NCBI GenBank assembly: GCA_029974835.1
Contig: JARKQN010000078.1
Coordinates: forward strand, 11,172-75,171
Direction: 5' to 3'
Length of the DNA stretch: 64,000 nucleotides
From: Bacteroidales bacterium
Lineage (GTDB): Bacteria; Bacteroidota; Bacteroidia; Bacteroidales; VadinHA17
Shown here: in pieces, positions 45,299 to 56,068 of the stretch
Numbering within the stretch: position 1 is the stretch's first letter
Layout: each line of letters begins with the position of its first letter
Position numbers and translations under genes: made by a program
Notes under the pieces: model-generated
What the model was told of the DNA's origin: nothing
Database searches by the model: none
Seen by the model: the letters and a program-made list of their open reading frames with translations, nothing else

Positions 45299-46420
45299 AT
45301 GAGTGACCTGGAAATTAAAGAAGTCAGATCGCGCAGAGAACTTCGTGATTTCATTTACCTGCCGGGGATGGTTCACAAAAACGACAAAAAATGGCTTCCT
45401 CCTCTTTATGCTGATGAATGGGCGCTATATAACCCTAAAAAGAACAAATCGTTCAAACACACCGATACAATTCTGTATGTTGCGTACAGACAGGGAAGGC
45501 CCGTCGGAAGAATTATGGGGCTGATTCACAGGTTATACAATCAGATACACAATGAACGTCATGCGAGGTTTGCATTTATTGAAAGTTTTAACGACAGGGA
45601 GGTTGTTCACAGCCTTCTGTCGAAGGCTGAAGAGTGGGCACGCGGACATGGAATGGTAAAAATAGTAGGCCCTCTCGGCTTTTCCGACAAAGATCCGCAG
45701 GGACTGGTTGTAAGCGGGTTTGACGATCCACAGTTCTTTACAAGCCCGACAAACGATCCATATCTACCGGAACTGGTTGCCGCAGAGGGTTATTCCAAGA
45801 AAGTGGATCTTGTCAATTACCTTCTTCCGATCCCTGAAAAATTGCCTGAAGTATATAACAGGATGCTGGAACGTTTCAGAAACTCAGGCACTGTAAGGGT
45901 TGTGGAGTTTGAAAACAAGAGACAGCTCAGGCCTTTTATTCTGCCCGTGCTCGAGGTAATGAACCAGACCTATATGGAAATATACGGCTATTACCCGCTT
46001 GACGACGAGGAAAAGAAAGATCTTGCATCGAGGTATCTTCCGGTGCTCGATCCTCATTTTATAAAAGTTATTCTGAGCGGTGATGAGGTGGCGGCTTTTG
46101 CCGTGGCAATGCCCGACCCGAGTGAAGGCATCAGGAAGGCCGGAGGAAAACTGCTGCCTTTTGGCATATTTCACATCCTCAGGGAGATAAAAAGAACCGA
46201 CGTACTTCTTACCATGCTCGGAGGCGTCAGAAAAGAGTACCGTGAACAGGGCCTGGATGTACTTATGGCGGTAAAACTGTATGAGTCGGCAATAAAATAC
46301 GGGATAAAAACAGTAAACAGCCATCTCATTCTGGAAACCAATTCCAGGATGAGGGGAGAATTCGAACGTGTGGGAGGTTCGGTCTCAAAGATATTCAGAA
46401 TCTTTCAGAAAGATTTGTAA
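45299..46420 (+). CDS. Conserved hypothetical protein, possibly a two-lobed GNAT-like acyltransferase
   Basis: 373-aa ORF with strong coding character. The central/C-terminal segment GGVRKEYREQGLD resembles an acyl-CoA-binding motif. The family is not firmly recognised. Confidence 0.4.
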   Translation: MSDLEIKEVRSRRELRDFIYLPGMVHKNDKKWLPPLYADEWALYNPKKNKSFKHTDTILYVAYRQGRPVGRIMGLIHRLYNQIHNERHARFAFIESFNDREVVHSLLSKAEEWARGHGMVKIVGPLGFSDKDPQGLVVSGFDDPQFFTSPTNDPYLPELVAAEGYSKKVDLVNYLLPIPEKLPEVYNRMLERFRNSGTVRVVEFENKRQLRPFILPVLEVMNQTYMEIYGYYPLDDEEKKDLASRYLPVLDPHFIKVILSGDEVAAFAVAMPDPSEGIRKAGGKLLPFGIFHILREIKRTDVLLTMLGGVRKEYREQGLDVLMAVKLYESAIKYGIKTVNSHLILETNSRMRGEFERVGGSVSKIFRIFQKDL

Positions 46421-46423
46421 TAT

Positions 46424-48214
46424 TCAGAACCTGAAAACAAAGGATATACCCATCAGCTCCTTGAATTGTATCCTTGCAGTCTTCTTAGGTTTGCCGAATT
46501 CATCCAGTTCAAGGGTTCCGTCTTTTTTCCTGATCACGGTTTTGGTGTCGTCATCAAAAATCAGTTGAGTGTTAAGCCTGAGGTCTGTAAACCAGTTAAG
46601 CTTGAATGTTGCTATCATTTCCCAGTCAATATCGATGTTCTGAGGCTTGTTAATGTAGTTTGTAAACAACTGTATTCTGTTTTTCACATTCACCGTCCTG
46701 AAGGGATTGATCTCAGAGTTTATCTGAATACTGGCTCCGGGTTCATGCATGGACCTTCTGTCTTTTGGTACGCCATACTTTGTCTGGTCGATCATGGCCG
46801 TATCGGATACAAAAGTCGCCTTGTAAGAGAGAGGAGCCACATTGATTGAAGTGGTTTTGTCAGGCTTGTAATCAAGGCCGAAACCAAGTGTAAGGGTTGC
46901 AGGGTTAAAGAATTTCGACACCGGGACAGAGTCGTTCGGATAATTGTAACCCTTGGCTATCTGTGTTTTGAAAAGCATTGTGGCGCTGAAATCGAACTTC
47001 CCGAAAGCCTTATGGTTCAGTTTTGAGTTCGTTTCAAGCAGGTCGAGGTTTTTACGGATATGCTTGTCTCCGGGTTTTATGAGGCCGTATTTGAGTCTTG
47101 CAAAATTATTGGACACAAGTTTAAGCTCCTTATTATTGTAATCGGCATAGCCGGTTATATCAAGGGCTGTGGATATGCTGTTCTCACCACCTTTCACCCA
47201 GTTGGTCAGATATGTCTGGTTAAAGGTGAAGGCTGCCTCCGACCGGTATTTCCAGTACTGTGGTTTGACGTAAATCTTGTTTACCTCGAGCAGCTTGCGG
47301 CTGTTGATCTGATTGATGTCGAGCCTTGCATCCTGGATATTTGTGTGCTTGGTCGGGCGCCTGAACATTATGCCCTCCTCAAGAAAGATTCCGAGAGTGT
47401 CACGCGAAAGAGTTCCGATCCACACCGTGACAGAATCATCGAATTCATTTCTGAGCCAGAATCTGCTGAGACTTCCGGTTCTTGAGTTTATCCACACCGG
47501 CAGCTCTTCAGAGGATTTTCCTTTCAATACTATCAATGATGAATCCCTGTCACGCAGAAAACCCGTTATTGTCGTAACAGCTGCATAAATAGAATCTCCC
47601 GACCAGGGGCTGTAAAAGAGTCTGAACGGTTTGAGTCTGTCTTCGGGATAATACTCTGCAAGCCTGCTTCTTACGATCAGAAGAGAAGTATCTTTCAGCA
47701 CAAACTGCATAACAGGTTGCTCATCAGGCTTTAGTGCTGCCGTATCGGCAGGCATGTCATGGAGATATGCTTTCAGGGAGTCTGGAATGGAGAGCGAATC
47801 GGGCGGATGGATCTTCTGCGGTTCTGATAAAACCGGCACTTTGACCGTAACCGTATCAAAGACAAGAAATTTTTCCGGTGACACATTCAATGAATCATAG
47901 GGATATTTTTCGAGGAAAAGCCTCAGCGAATCGTAAGGGCTGCTGGTTGCATAGAAAATAAGCTGCCCCAATGCTGTCCTAAGAGGATCAAGCCTGCTGC
48001 GCCAGATGCCGGATGAATATTTCGTCTGCAGAAACTTCAGGGCTTCCTCTTTTGTGAATTTTATTGAGTCTCTGTTATGCACCGGCTTTACATAGTAACC
48101 CATTTTATGAAGGGAATCGCGCAGGTTAACTATTCCAGGTTCCTGTGCCCGCACGACCACAGGCATTAAAAAAAACACCAGAACCGAAATACCATGTATG
48201 AGATTTTCCCGCAT
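46424..48214 (-). CDS. Outer-membrane protein, DUF3078-like C-terminal beta-barrel region
   Basis: Signal peptide ending VVRAQE. The C-terminal half has alternating beta-strand character, with TNWVKGGENS and a terminal aromatic residue (FVFRF). Confidence 0.5.
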   Translation of the reverse strand: MRENLIHGISVLVFFLMPVVVRAQEPGIVNLRDSLHKMGYYVKPVHNRDSIKFTKEEALKFLQTKYSSGIWRSRLDPLRTALGQLIFYATSSPYDSLRLFLEKYPYDSLNVSPEKFLVFDTVTVKVPVLSEPQKIHPPDSLSIPDSLKAYLHDMPADTAALKPDEQPVMQFVLKDTSLLIVRSRLAEYYPEDRLKPFRLFYSPWSGDSIYAAVTTITGFLRDRDSSLIVLKGKSSEELPVWINSRTGSLSRFWLRNEFDDSVTVWIGTLSRDTLGIFLEEGIMFRRPTKHTNIQDARLDINQINSRKLLEVNKIYVKPQYWKYRSEAAFTFNQTYLTNWVKGGENSISTALDITGYADYNNKELKLVSNNFARLKYGLIKPGDKHIRKNLDLLETNSKLNHKAFGKFDFSATMLFKTQIAKGYNYPNDSVPVSKFFNPATLTLGFGLDYKPDKTTSINVAPLSYKATFVSDTAMIDQTKYGVPKDRRSMHEPGASIQINSEINPFRTVNVKNRIQLFTNYINKPQNIDIDWEMIATFKLNWFTDLRLNTQLIFDDDTKTVIRKKDGTLELDEFGKPKKTARIQFKELMGISFVFRF

Positions 48215-48436
48215 GATAATTTAAAATAGTTTTTGCAAAATACACATTTTTTTCATTCACCCTTCCCGTACCTTCTGCCGCTTCAGTGTTTATCTTACTA
48301 CCCATTATTTCAAAGCTTTGGCAAACGCGTACACCTTTCACCCACTGTATTATCCTTTTCAGTCAGAACGTAAAATAGATCACTTTCTTTTGTCCTTGGC
48401 TGATTTATGATTTTCTTTGCTGTTCATTATTTTTTT

Positions 48437-49783
48437 ATGAAAGATCTGACCCGGGGACCAGAGGGTAAAATGATACTGAATTTTGCTGCACCCATGCTGC
48501 TGGGAAATGTATTTCAGCAGTTATTCTCTGTTGTTGACAGTATCATCGTAGGCAAACTGATTGGAAAAGAGGCACTCGCGGCAGTGGGAGCATCGTTCCC
48601 TGTAATATTCATACTGGTTTCGCTGATTATCGGACTTGTAATGGGCACCACAGTTGTAATTTCGCAGTATTTCGGTGCAGGTGACCTTAAAAAAGTAAGA
48701 CTCGCAATAGACACGATGTATATCTATACGTTCTTTGGTTCGTTAATTCTGACAATAGCCGGACTGCTGATGAGCGGCCCTCTTTTAAGACTCCTCGGAT
48801 TGCCTGACGAGCTGATGCCTCCCGCCCTTCAGTATCTTAATATTTTCATTGCAGGAATGGTTCTTATGTTCGGGTACAACGGAACAAGTGCAGCCCTCAG
48901 AGGGCTCGGTGATTCAAAAACGCCGTTATGGTTTCTTATTATCGCGATTATTCTAAATATTATTCTTGATATCGTTTTTATTGCCGTTCTGAAAATGGGA
49001 ATTGCGGGCGCCGCATGGGCAACGGTGGCTTCACACGGAGTGGCTTTCCTCCTCGCGGCGTGGTACCTTAATAAAACCCACAAAGTCCTTAAAGTCGTAA
49101 TAAAAGGTATAAAGTTCGACAGGGAGATTTTCAGGCAAAGCATCCGCATCGGCCTTCCCAACGGACTTCAGCAGACTTTCGTAGCGCTGGGCGGACTGGC
49201 TCTTCTGGGTATTGTTAACAAATTCGGAACCGACGTAATAGCAGGTTTTTCCGTCGCCAGCCGGCTCGATGCCATCGCCACCGTTCCTGCAATGTCGTTC
49301 GCAGCAGCCATTTCAGCTTTCACCGGCCAGAACATAGGGGCCAACAAACAGGACAGAATAAAAAACGGCCTTTCTTCCACCCTCAAAATGATGACGATTG
49401 TAACATTTGTTACAACCATGTTTATCATCCTTGCCGGCCGTTATATGATCAACCTTTTCACCAATGATATCAGGGTGATTGAATATGGAGCTCAATACCT
49501 AACGATAGTTGGGCTTTTCTACATTCTTTTCACCCTTATGTTCATATACACGGGCCTGATGAGAGGCGCAGGAGACTCAATTGTTCCAATGTTTATTACC
49601 CTTGCATCACTGTGGATAATAAGGATCCCCTTCGCATGGATAATGGCGGGAAAAATAGGAGTTACGGGAATATGGTGGTCTATCCCCGCAGGTTGGTTCG
49701 TGGGACTTATACTCTCATATCTTTATTATAAAACCGGCCGTTGGAAAAAGAAAGCCGTTGTGACCTACACTGAGGAATTTTAA
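48437..49783 (+). CDS. MATE family efflux transporter
   Basis: I prefer the start MKDLTRGPEGKMILNFAAPMLLGNVFQQLFSVVDSIIVG (Met11 of the tracked ORF). 12 transmembrane segments. Confidence 0.85.
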   Translation: MKDLTRGPEGKMILNFAAPMLLGNVFQQLFSVVDSIIVGKLIGKEALAAVGASFPVIFILVSLIIGLVMGTTVVISQYFGAGDLKKVRLAIDTMYIYTFFGSLILTIAGLLMSGPLLRLLGLPDELMPPALQYLNIFIAGMVLMFGYNGTSAALRGLGDSKTPLWFLIIAIILNIILDIVFIAVLKMGIAGAAWATVASHGVAFLLAAWYLNKTHKVLKVVIKGIKFDREIFRQSIRIGLPNGLQQTFVALGGLALLGIVNKFGTDVIAGFSVASRLDAIATVPAMSFAAAISAFTGQNIGANKQDRIKNGLSSTLKMMTIVTFVTTMFIILAGRYMINLFTNDIRVIEYGAQYLTIVGLFYILFTLMFIYTGLMRGAGDSIVPMFITLASLWIIRIPFAWIMAGKIGVTGIWWSIPAGWFVGLILSYLYYKTGRWKKKAVVTYTEEF

Positions 49784-49821
49784 TAACTTAGTAACCGCTA
49801 ACATCATACAGACAGGTAACC

Positions 49822-50697
49822 ATGATACTATCAATGACCGGTTACGGCAAAGCCACAGGTGACCTTCCCGGCAAAAGGGTTATGGTCGAGGTAAAGACAA
49901 TCAATTCCAGGCAGAACGATCTCAATATCAAACTCCCGCAGGTACTCAGGGAGAAGGAGAGTGAAATACGGAACATGCTGAGCCAGAAGCTTGAAAGAGG
50001 GAGAATAGATCTCATTGTCACTTACGAAATACATAATATCCAAAGTCTTCCTGTTATAAACAAAGACGCTGTGAAAATCTATTATCAGCAGGTTAAGGCG
50101 CTTTCGGAGGAGCTTGGAATTAAGGTTTCCAAAAATATCCTGACGGCACTGCTGAGATTCCCCGACGCCATGCAGGTTGAGAAAGAGGAACTTGCAGAGG
50201 AGGACTGGACCAACGTCAGATACCTTATCGAAGAGGCTGTCGGAAAAGCAATCCAATACAGGATTGAGGAAGGCAAAGCCCTTGAAAAGGATATTGTGAA
50301 TTCGTTAACAAGAATACTCAGTGCACTGGAGGAAATAAGACGTTTTGAGCCCGGCCGCACTGAAAAGATAAGGGAAAAACTTACCCAGCTGCTTGAGACA
50401 ACAATTCAGGCAGATAAAATAGACAGAAACCGCCTTGAGCAGGAAATTATCTATTACCTCGAAAAATTTGACATCAACGAAGAAAAGGTAAGACTTAAGC
50501 AGCATTGCGACTATTTTCTCGAAAAGCTTAATGAGAAATCTTCAAACGGCAAGATGCTGGGTTTCATTTCCCAGGAAATAGGAAGGGAAATAAACACAAT
50601 CGGGTCAAAGGCCAATGATGCTGATATTCAGAAGATTGTTGTCGGAATGAAAGATGATCTGGAAAAGATCAAGGAGCAACTTCTTAATGTGCTCTGA
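49822..50697 (+). CDS. YicC family stress-induced protein
   Basis: MILSMTGYGKA at the N-terminus and EIGREINTIGSKAND near the C-terminus are typical of YicC. Confidence 0.85.
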   Translation: MILSMTGYGKATGDLPGKRVMVEVKTINSRQNDLNIKLPQVLREKESEIRNMLSQKLERGRIDLIVTYEIHNIQSLPVINKDAVKIYYQQVKALSEELGIKVSKNILTALLRFPDAMQVEKEELAEEDWTNVRYLIEEAVGKAIQYRIEEGKALEKDIVNSLTRILSALEEIRRFEPGRTEKIREKLTQLLETTIQADKIDRNRLEQEIIYYLEKFDINEEKVRLKQHCDYFLEKLNEKSSNGKMLGFISQEIGREINTIGSKANDADIQKIVVGMKDDLEKIKEQLLNVL

Positions 50698-50739
50698 ACC
50701 GGAAAACACCGTTATAGAAAGCGATTTAAAACCTGGTAA

Positions 50740-51309
50740 GTGAAGGAAGGAAAAGTAATAATTGTTTCAGCCCCTTCAGGGTCAGGAAAGTCCACACTGG
50801 TTAATCACCTTCTTTCCTCTGACCCCGGACTGGAGTTTTCCGTATCAGCAACAACCCGCAGTCCAAGGGGTACGGAAAAAAACGGAGTAGATTATTTTTT
50901 TCTAAGCGTACCTGAATTTAGGAGCCGCATTGAAAAAGGAGAGTTCGCGGAGTGGGAGGAAGTGTACAACGGCCAGTATTACGGAACACTCAAAAGCGAA
51001 CTCGAAAGAATATGGGCTACGGGCAAAACAATACTGTTCGACGTCGATGTAAAGGGGGGCATTTCACTGAAAAAAATCTTCGGCGACAGGGGGCTCTCAA
51101 TCTTCATAATGCCTCCTTCCGTTGAAGCCCTCAGACAACGTCTTATTGCCAGGGGAACAGATTCACCCGAAAAAATCGACGAGAGAGTAAAAAAAGCCGG
51201 TATCGAGATAGAATCAGCAGGCTTGTTCGACCTGGTGATTGTAAATGACAATCTCGAAACCGCAAAAAACGAGATTCTGAAGGCTGTTAAAGATTTTACC
51301 GGAAGATGA
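50740..51309 (+). CDS. gmk: Guanylate kinase
   Basis: P-loop SAPSGSGKST and TTRSPR. GTG start as given in the track. Confidence 0.9.
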   Translation: MKEGKVIIVSAPSGSGKSTLVNHLLSSDPGLEFSVSATTRSPRGTEKNGVDYFFLSVPEFRSRIEKGEFAEWEEVYNGQYYGTLKSELERIWATGKTILFDVDVKGGISLKKIFGDRGLSIFIMPPSVEALRQRLIARGTDSPEKIDERVKKAGIEIESAGLFDLVIVNDNLETAKNEILKAVKDFTGR

Positions 51310-51911
51310 CAAAAAAGATCAGAACGTGCCTTTATTTCGGATCCTTTAACCCTGTACATATCGGGCACACGGTTATTGCAGGTTATTTAACCGAATACAC
51401 CGATATCGACGAGGTATGGTTCGTGGTAAGCCCGCATAACCCGCTGAAGAAAAAGGAAACATTGCTGCCGGGAAGGGACCGGCTCTATATGACCAGTCTG
51501 GCAATAGCCAACCACTATAATTTCAGGACCTGCGATATTGAGCTTACACTGCCTCAGCCTTCATATACAATTGATACGCTGGCCTATCTCAGGGAAAAAC
51601 ACCCGGGAAACGATTTCGCACTGGCCATGGGCGAGGATAACCTCTACACTCTTCATAAATGGAAGAATGCAGCCGAACTTGTGAAACTGTACCCCATATA
51701 TGTTTACCCGCGCAAGGAGGCTTTTAAGCCCCCCCACCCGCTGCTTGAGGAGATTCTGAAGAAAGCCGATATCAGGTTTGTTAAAGCTCCCCTTATAGAG
51801 ATTTCGGGAACTTTTATCAGAAAGGGGATCAGGGCAGGCAAAAACATGTCGTACTACCTGCATCCTGCAGTGTGGAAATATATTCAGGAGATGAATTTCT
51901 ATAAAAAGTAA
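51306..51911 (+). CDS. nadD: Nicotinate-nucleotide adenylyltransferase
   Basis: GSFNPVHIGH and ISGTFIRK motifs. 4-nt overlap with gmk. Confidence 0.9.
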   Translation: MTKKIRTCLYFGSFNPVHIGHTVIAGYLTEYTDIDEVWFVVSPHNPLKKKETLLPGRDRLYMTSLAIANHYNFRTCDIELTLPQPSYTIDTLAYLREKHPGNDFALAMGEDNLYTLHKWKNAAELVKLYPIYVYPRKEAFKPPHPLLEEILKKADIRFVKAPLIEISGTFIRKGIRAGKNMSYYLHPAVWKYIQEMNFYKK

Positions 51912-51925
51912 TTATCCTGCCCCGG

Positions 51926-52471
51926 CTAATTTAACCTCCTTATTATCTCCATGCCTCTTTTTAACGCCGCCTCATTTTCCGGAATGAGTTTATGGTGCCG
52001 TTCGGGCAGTGATTTTTTAAGTCCCTTAACCACATTTTCGATGCTTATAAGCGGTTTTATTTTAAGATATCCGCCGAGAACAATCATATTAAAAGTCTTC
52101 TGGCTCTTCATTCTTGAGGCTTCTTCTGCAGCATCGATCCTGTAAATTGTTATATCCTTTCTCACAGGGTGCCTTGTTATCCCGTTGCCGTCATAAATAA
52201 GAATGCCTCCGGGTTTAACGGAATTTTCAAACTTATCGAGCGACTGCTGGTTAAGGATGATTGCCGTGTCAAACCGTCTCAATATGGGAGAGCTGATTCT
52301 TTCGGAGCTTATAATTACCGTCACGTTGGCTGTTCCTCCCCTCATCTCAGGCCCGTAAGAAGGCATCCAGCTTACTTCCATATCCTGCATAAGGCCGGAA
52401 TATGCGATTATTTTTCCCATTGAGAGGACCCCCTGGCCGCCAAAACCTGCAATAATAATTTCTTCTGTCAT
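51926..52471 (-). CDS. 2-oxoacid:ferredoxin oxidoreductase, gamma subunit
   Basis: IIIAGFGGQGVLSMGKI is typical of the gamma subunit. It is the last gene of a delta-alpha-beta-gamma set. Confidence 0.88.
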   Translation of the reverse strand: MTEEIIIAGFGGQGVLSMGKIIAYSGLMQDMEVSWMPSYGPEMRGGTANVTVIISSERISSPILRRFDTAIILNQQSLDKFENSVKPGGILIYDGNGITRHPVRKDITIYRIDAAEEASRMKSQKTFNMIVLGGYLKIKPLISIENVVKGLKKSLPERHHKLIPENEAALKRGMEIIRRLN

Positions 52472-52485
52472 TGCAATGGTAATTT

Positions 52486-53298
52486 TTATTGTTCATTCTT
52501 ATTTTCAGCATCCGCGTCGCTTTCTGCCGGCACCTTAAGATCGCCCGGCTTATAGTAAGCGAACATATTCTCTTCCATCCACTTGTTTGATTCCACAGGT
52601 GTCATTTTCCATCCGGAAGGGCAGTTGGAGACAATTTCTATAAAGCACGTTCCCATGCCTTTTTTCTGGTAACCGACTGCTTTTTTTATTGCCTTTTTGG
52701 CCTTTCTCACCGCTGCCGGCGTATGGACACTCTGACGGGTAACGTAGCATGTTCCCGGGAGCATTGCAACCAGTTCGGTCATTTTAAGTGGGTTGCCCAT
52801 CATCTTAACATCCCTTCCGTAAGGCGATGTGGATGATTTCATTCCTTCGAGTGTTGTGGGAGCCATCTGACCGCCTGTCATGCCGTAAATACCGTTGTTA
52901 ATAAAGACAATAAGTATATTCTCGCCACGGTTGCATGCGTGAATTGTTTCGGAAGTACCGATAGCTGCCAGGTCGCCGTCGCCCTGGTATGTAAAAACGA
53001 ATTTTTCAGGCATCAGCCTTTTTATTGCCGTAGCCACCGCGGGGGCTCTTCCGTGTGCTGCCTGCTGGATATCGAGATCGAGGAAATCGTACATCAGTAC
53101 CGAACAGCCAACCGGGCATACGCCTATAGTATTTTCTGCCAGGTTTTCTTCCTCAATCACCTCTGCAATTATTCTGTGGGTGGTTCCGTGTCCGCAGCCG
53201 GGGCAGTACGAAAATGGCTTATCTGTAATCAGGGATGATTTCCTGTATACAAGGTTTTCCGGCTTAATTATATCTTTAAGTCCTTCAGCTGTTTTCAT
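52486..53298 (-). CDS. 2-oxoacid:ferredoxin oxidoreductase, beta (TPP-binding) subunit
   Basis: CPGCGHG and GDGDLAAIG motifs. Confidence 0.9.
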   Translation of the reverse strand: MKTAEGLKDIIKPENLVYRKSSLITDKPFSYCPGCGHGTTHRIIAEVIEEENLAENTIGVCPVGCSVLMYDFLDLDIQQAAHGRAPAVATAIKRLMPEKFVFTYQGDGDLAAIGTSETIHACNRGENILIVFINNGIYGMTGGQMAPTTLEGMKSSTSPYGRDVKMMGNPLKMTELVAMLPGTCYVTRQSVHTPAAVRKAKKAIKKAVGYQKKGMGTCFIEIVSNCPSGWKMTPVESNKWMEENMFAYYKPGDLKVPAESDADAENKNEQ

Positions 53299-53303
53299 GA
53301 TTT

Positions 53304-54365
53304 TCAGATTTTTGTTTTCAGGTATTCAAGAACCTCTTCCGGTTCGGTGATCACTCCCCCCATACGTCCGAAATGGTATACCGGAACCTGCCCGTTGACG
53401 GCGAGCTTAACATCTTCCACCATCTGACCCATGCTCATTTCAACGGAAACGATAATTTTCATGTGTGATGCAAGCGATCTGATCCTTTCATACGGGAACG
53501 GGTAAAGTGTGATGGGTCGCAGAAGGCCGGCCTTAATTCCTTCGGCCCGTGCCAGCTGAAGAGTTTTCTGGCAGACCCTTGCACTGGTGCCGTAAGCCAC
53601 CAGAAGGAATTCGGCATCATCAACCATAATCTCTTCGAACCTCACCTCATTTCGTTCAATTTCCCTGTATTTCTCCTGCAGTCTTAACAGGTGCTGTTCC
53701 TGGGCGTAAGGATCAAGGTCGAGTGAGGTAATAATATTTCTTTCCCTCTCTTTTGTTTTTCCGGTTGTTGCCCACGCCGGCACCTCGGTGCTTCTCTGTT
53801 TCTGGGGTTTCAGGTAAACCTTTTCCATCATCTGCCCGATGGCCCCGTCCGATAAAATCATTGCGGGGTTTCTGTATTTAAAGGCAAGATCGAAGGCCAG
53901 TTCCACAAAATCGGCCATTTCCTGTACCGAGGCCGGTGCAAGTACAATAAGGTGGTAATCGCCATGTCCCCCGCCCTTGACAGCCTGGAAATAATCAGAC
54001 TGTGCCGGTTGAATTGTTCCCAAACCCGGGCCGCCCCTCACAACGTTTACAATAAGGCACGGAAGCTGAGCTCCGGCGATATAAGAGATGCCTTCCTGTT
54101 TCAGGCTTATTCCGGGAGAAGAGGAAGAGGTCATCACTTTCTTTCCGCATCCGGCACCGCCGTATACCATATTTATGGCGGCAACCTCACTTTCTGCCTG
54201 AAGAACGACCATTCCTGTTCTTTCATGCGGATTGGCAGCCATGAGATATTCAAGAATTTCGCTCTGTGGAGTGATGGGATAACCGAAATAGGCATCGGCT
54301 CCGGCCCTTATTGCAGCTTCGGCAATGGCCTCATTGCCCTTCATCAACCGCATTTCTTTTTCCAT
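53304..54365 (-). CDS. 2-oxoacid:ferredoxin oxidoreductase, alpha subunit
   Basis: MKGNEAIAEAAIRAGADAYFGYPITPQSEI. Confidence 0.9.
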   Translation of the reverse strand: MEKEMRLMKGNEAIAEAAIRAGADAYFGYPITPQSEILEYLMAANPHERTGMVVLQAESEVAAINMVYGGAGCGKKVMTSSSSPGISLKQEGISYIAGAQLPCLIVNVVRGGPGLGTIQPAQSDYFQAVKGGGHGDYHLIVLAPASVQEMADFVELAFDLAFKYRNPAMILSDGAIGQMMEKVYLKPQKQRSTEVPAWATTGKTKERERNIITSLDLDPYAQEQHLLRLQEKYREIERNEVRFEEIMVDDAEFLLVAYGTSARVCQKTLQLARAEGIKAGLLRPITLYPFPYERIRSLASHMKIIVSVEMSMGQMVEDVKLAVNGQVPVYHFGRMGGVITEPEEVLEYLKTKI

Positions 54366-54371
54366 AGTGCT

Positions 54372-54596
54372 TCAGATTTTCATTCTATAAACTGTAATAA
54401 CACCATCGGGGCATACCGTTGCACAGTTTGTGCATCCGATACATAGTTCGGGATTGGCCGGGTAGGCATAATGGTATCCTTTCCCGTTAACCTCCGCAGC
54501 AAGCGCGATGGTTTTGGTGGGACATGTAACCACGCAAAGCTCGCATCCCTTGCATTTTTCAATATCTACTACAATACTTCCTTTTACTTTTGCCAT
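54372..54596 (-). CDS. 2-oxoacid:ferredoxin oxidoreductase, delta subunit (2x[4Fe-4S] ferredoxin)
   Basis: CKGCELCVVTCP and CIGCTNCATVCP. Confidence 0.88.
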   Translation of the reverse strand: MAKVKGSIVVDIEKCKGCELCVVTCPTKTIALAAEVNGKGYHYAYPANPELCIGCTNCATVCPDGVITVYRMKI

Positions 54597-54603
54597 ATCT
54601 GGT

Positions 54604-55944
54604 TCAGTTATTTACAGGATGATCTTTCGAAAATTTTTCAAGTCTTTCAATCAGGTCGGGAAACTGTTCCCGCTTAATTCTTGAGACGCATGCTCTCAGT
54701 CCTTCCGTGCGTTCGCTTCCCGTAATTATCAAAGATATTGCGCTGATGCCGTAGCACAGCAGTTCCCTGATCAGTTCTCCCGACGACATTCCCGGGTACG
54801 AGATTGTAAAATAGAATCCGTCAGCCAGCGGCTCATCGAGGTCCCTGTCATAGACAAGCCGGAAACCGTTCTTCAGGAATATTTCTTTCATAATGGCCGC
54901 TTTCTCTCCATACTCCTTAACATCCTCCCTGTAACGGTAGGTTCCGTCGTTTACTGCCTTAAGAAGCGCAGCCAGCCCATATTGTGCCGAGTGAGTCACA
55001 CCTGCCGACAATGCATAAAGGGCTCCGTAAATAAGTGCCTGCCCAAAACTGTCGGATGAATAATATCTCAGCAGGTCGGGATAGCGTCTGTTAAAAAGAT
55101 GGTCGGAAATAGCCATAAGCCCTATTCGCTGCCCGGCGTAGCTGAATATTTTTGAGCTTGAGAGGAGTATCACGTAATCCTTTGTGTAATGGGCTACACT
55201 CGGCTGGTACGGCGGCTCTCCCGGCACAGTGTAATCCTTGCGGAAATCCATCCCGAAATATGCAAGGTCCTCGATGACAATTACATCATGCTTGTCACAA
55301 AGCTCTCCGATTATTGACAATTCCTCCTCGGTAAAACATATCCACGACGGGTTATTCGGATTGGAAAAAAGAATTGACGATATTTTTCCTCCCGAAAGGC
55401 ATGACTCGAGTTTATCGCGAAGCTTTTTACCCCTGTAATTGTAAACATCGAAGGAATGGTAGTCATGGCCCAGCATTCTTACCTGTTGCTTCTGTACGGG
55501 GAAGCCCGGGTCGAGAAAAAGTGTGCCTTCCTTTGTTCTGTCGTTGCGGTTTGCTACAAGGAAACAGAGCATCCCGCCCATTAAAGACCCGACCGTGGGT
55601 ATACACCCCTTCGGGCTTATGTCAATATTAAGAAAAAGCTTAAAGAATCTTGAAGCCTCTTCTTTAAGGATTTTTAATCCTTCGATATTCGGATACACTG
55701 CACCCACACCCTTCTTCAGAGCTTCAATCTCGGCATCAATCCCGATCGTCGGAGGAGGAATGCCGGGCTCTCCGATTTCCATCCTGATAAACTTCACACC
55801 GGTTGCATATTCGATCTGGTTGACAAGCCTCACAATCTCCCTTATGCTTGCCGTCCCGGGATCTTTTATTCCACTCTCCTCCAGCTTGCGTTTTACCACT
55901 TCCGGATCAACGGGTGTTTTATTTATTTTAAAAGGTTGTGACAT
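54604..55944 (-). CDS. PLP-dependent aminotransferase (class I/II)
   Basis: SSSKIFSYAGQRIG (the SxSK...GxR PLP-lysine motif). 446 aa. Confidence 0.8.
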   Translation of the reverse strand: MSQPFKINKTPVDPEVVKRKLEESGIKDPGTASIREIVRLVNQIEYATGVKFIRMEIGEPGIPPPTIGIDAEIEALKKGVGAVYPNIEGLKILKEEASRFFKLFLNIDISPKGCIPTVGSLMGGMLCFLVANRNDRTKEGTLFLDPGFPVQKQQVRMLGHDYHSFDVYNYRGKKLRDKLESCLSGGKISSILFSNPNNPSWICFTEEELSIIGELCDKHDVIVIEDLAYFGMDFRKDYTVPGEPPYQPSVAHYTKDYVILLSSSKIFSYAGQRIGLMAISDHLFNRRYPDLLRYYSSDSFGQALIYGALYALSAGVTHSAQYGLAALLKAVNDGTYRYREDVKEYGEKAAIMKEIFLKNGFRLVYDRDLDEPLADGFYFTISYPGMSSGELIRELLCYGISAISLIITGSERTEGLRACVSRIKREQFPDLIERLEKFSKDHPVNN

Positions 55945-56068
55945 TTTCTCAGAAGCGAAGTTAAAAATAATAATTATTACCCTTCCAAAACCTGCTTAAT
56001 ATCAGTATTATAACCTGCCTATAACATTGATTATCAATTAAATGATAATCTAAAGCATTTTCAGCGCT

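Noticed and set aside
53952-55999. Plus-strand ORFs of 164 aa (53952..54446) and 158 aa (55523..55999).
   Set aside because: They are antisense to the oxidoreductase alpha/delta subunits and to the aminotransferase.
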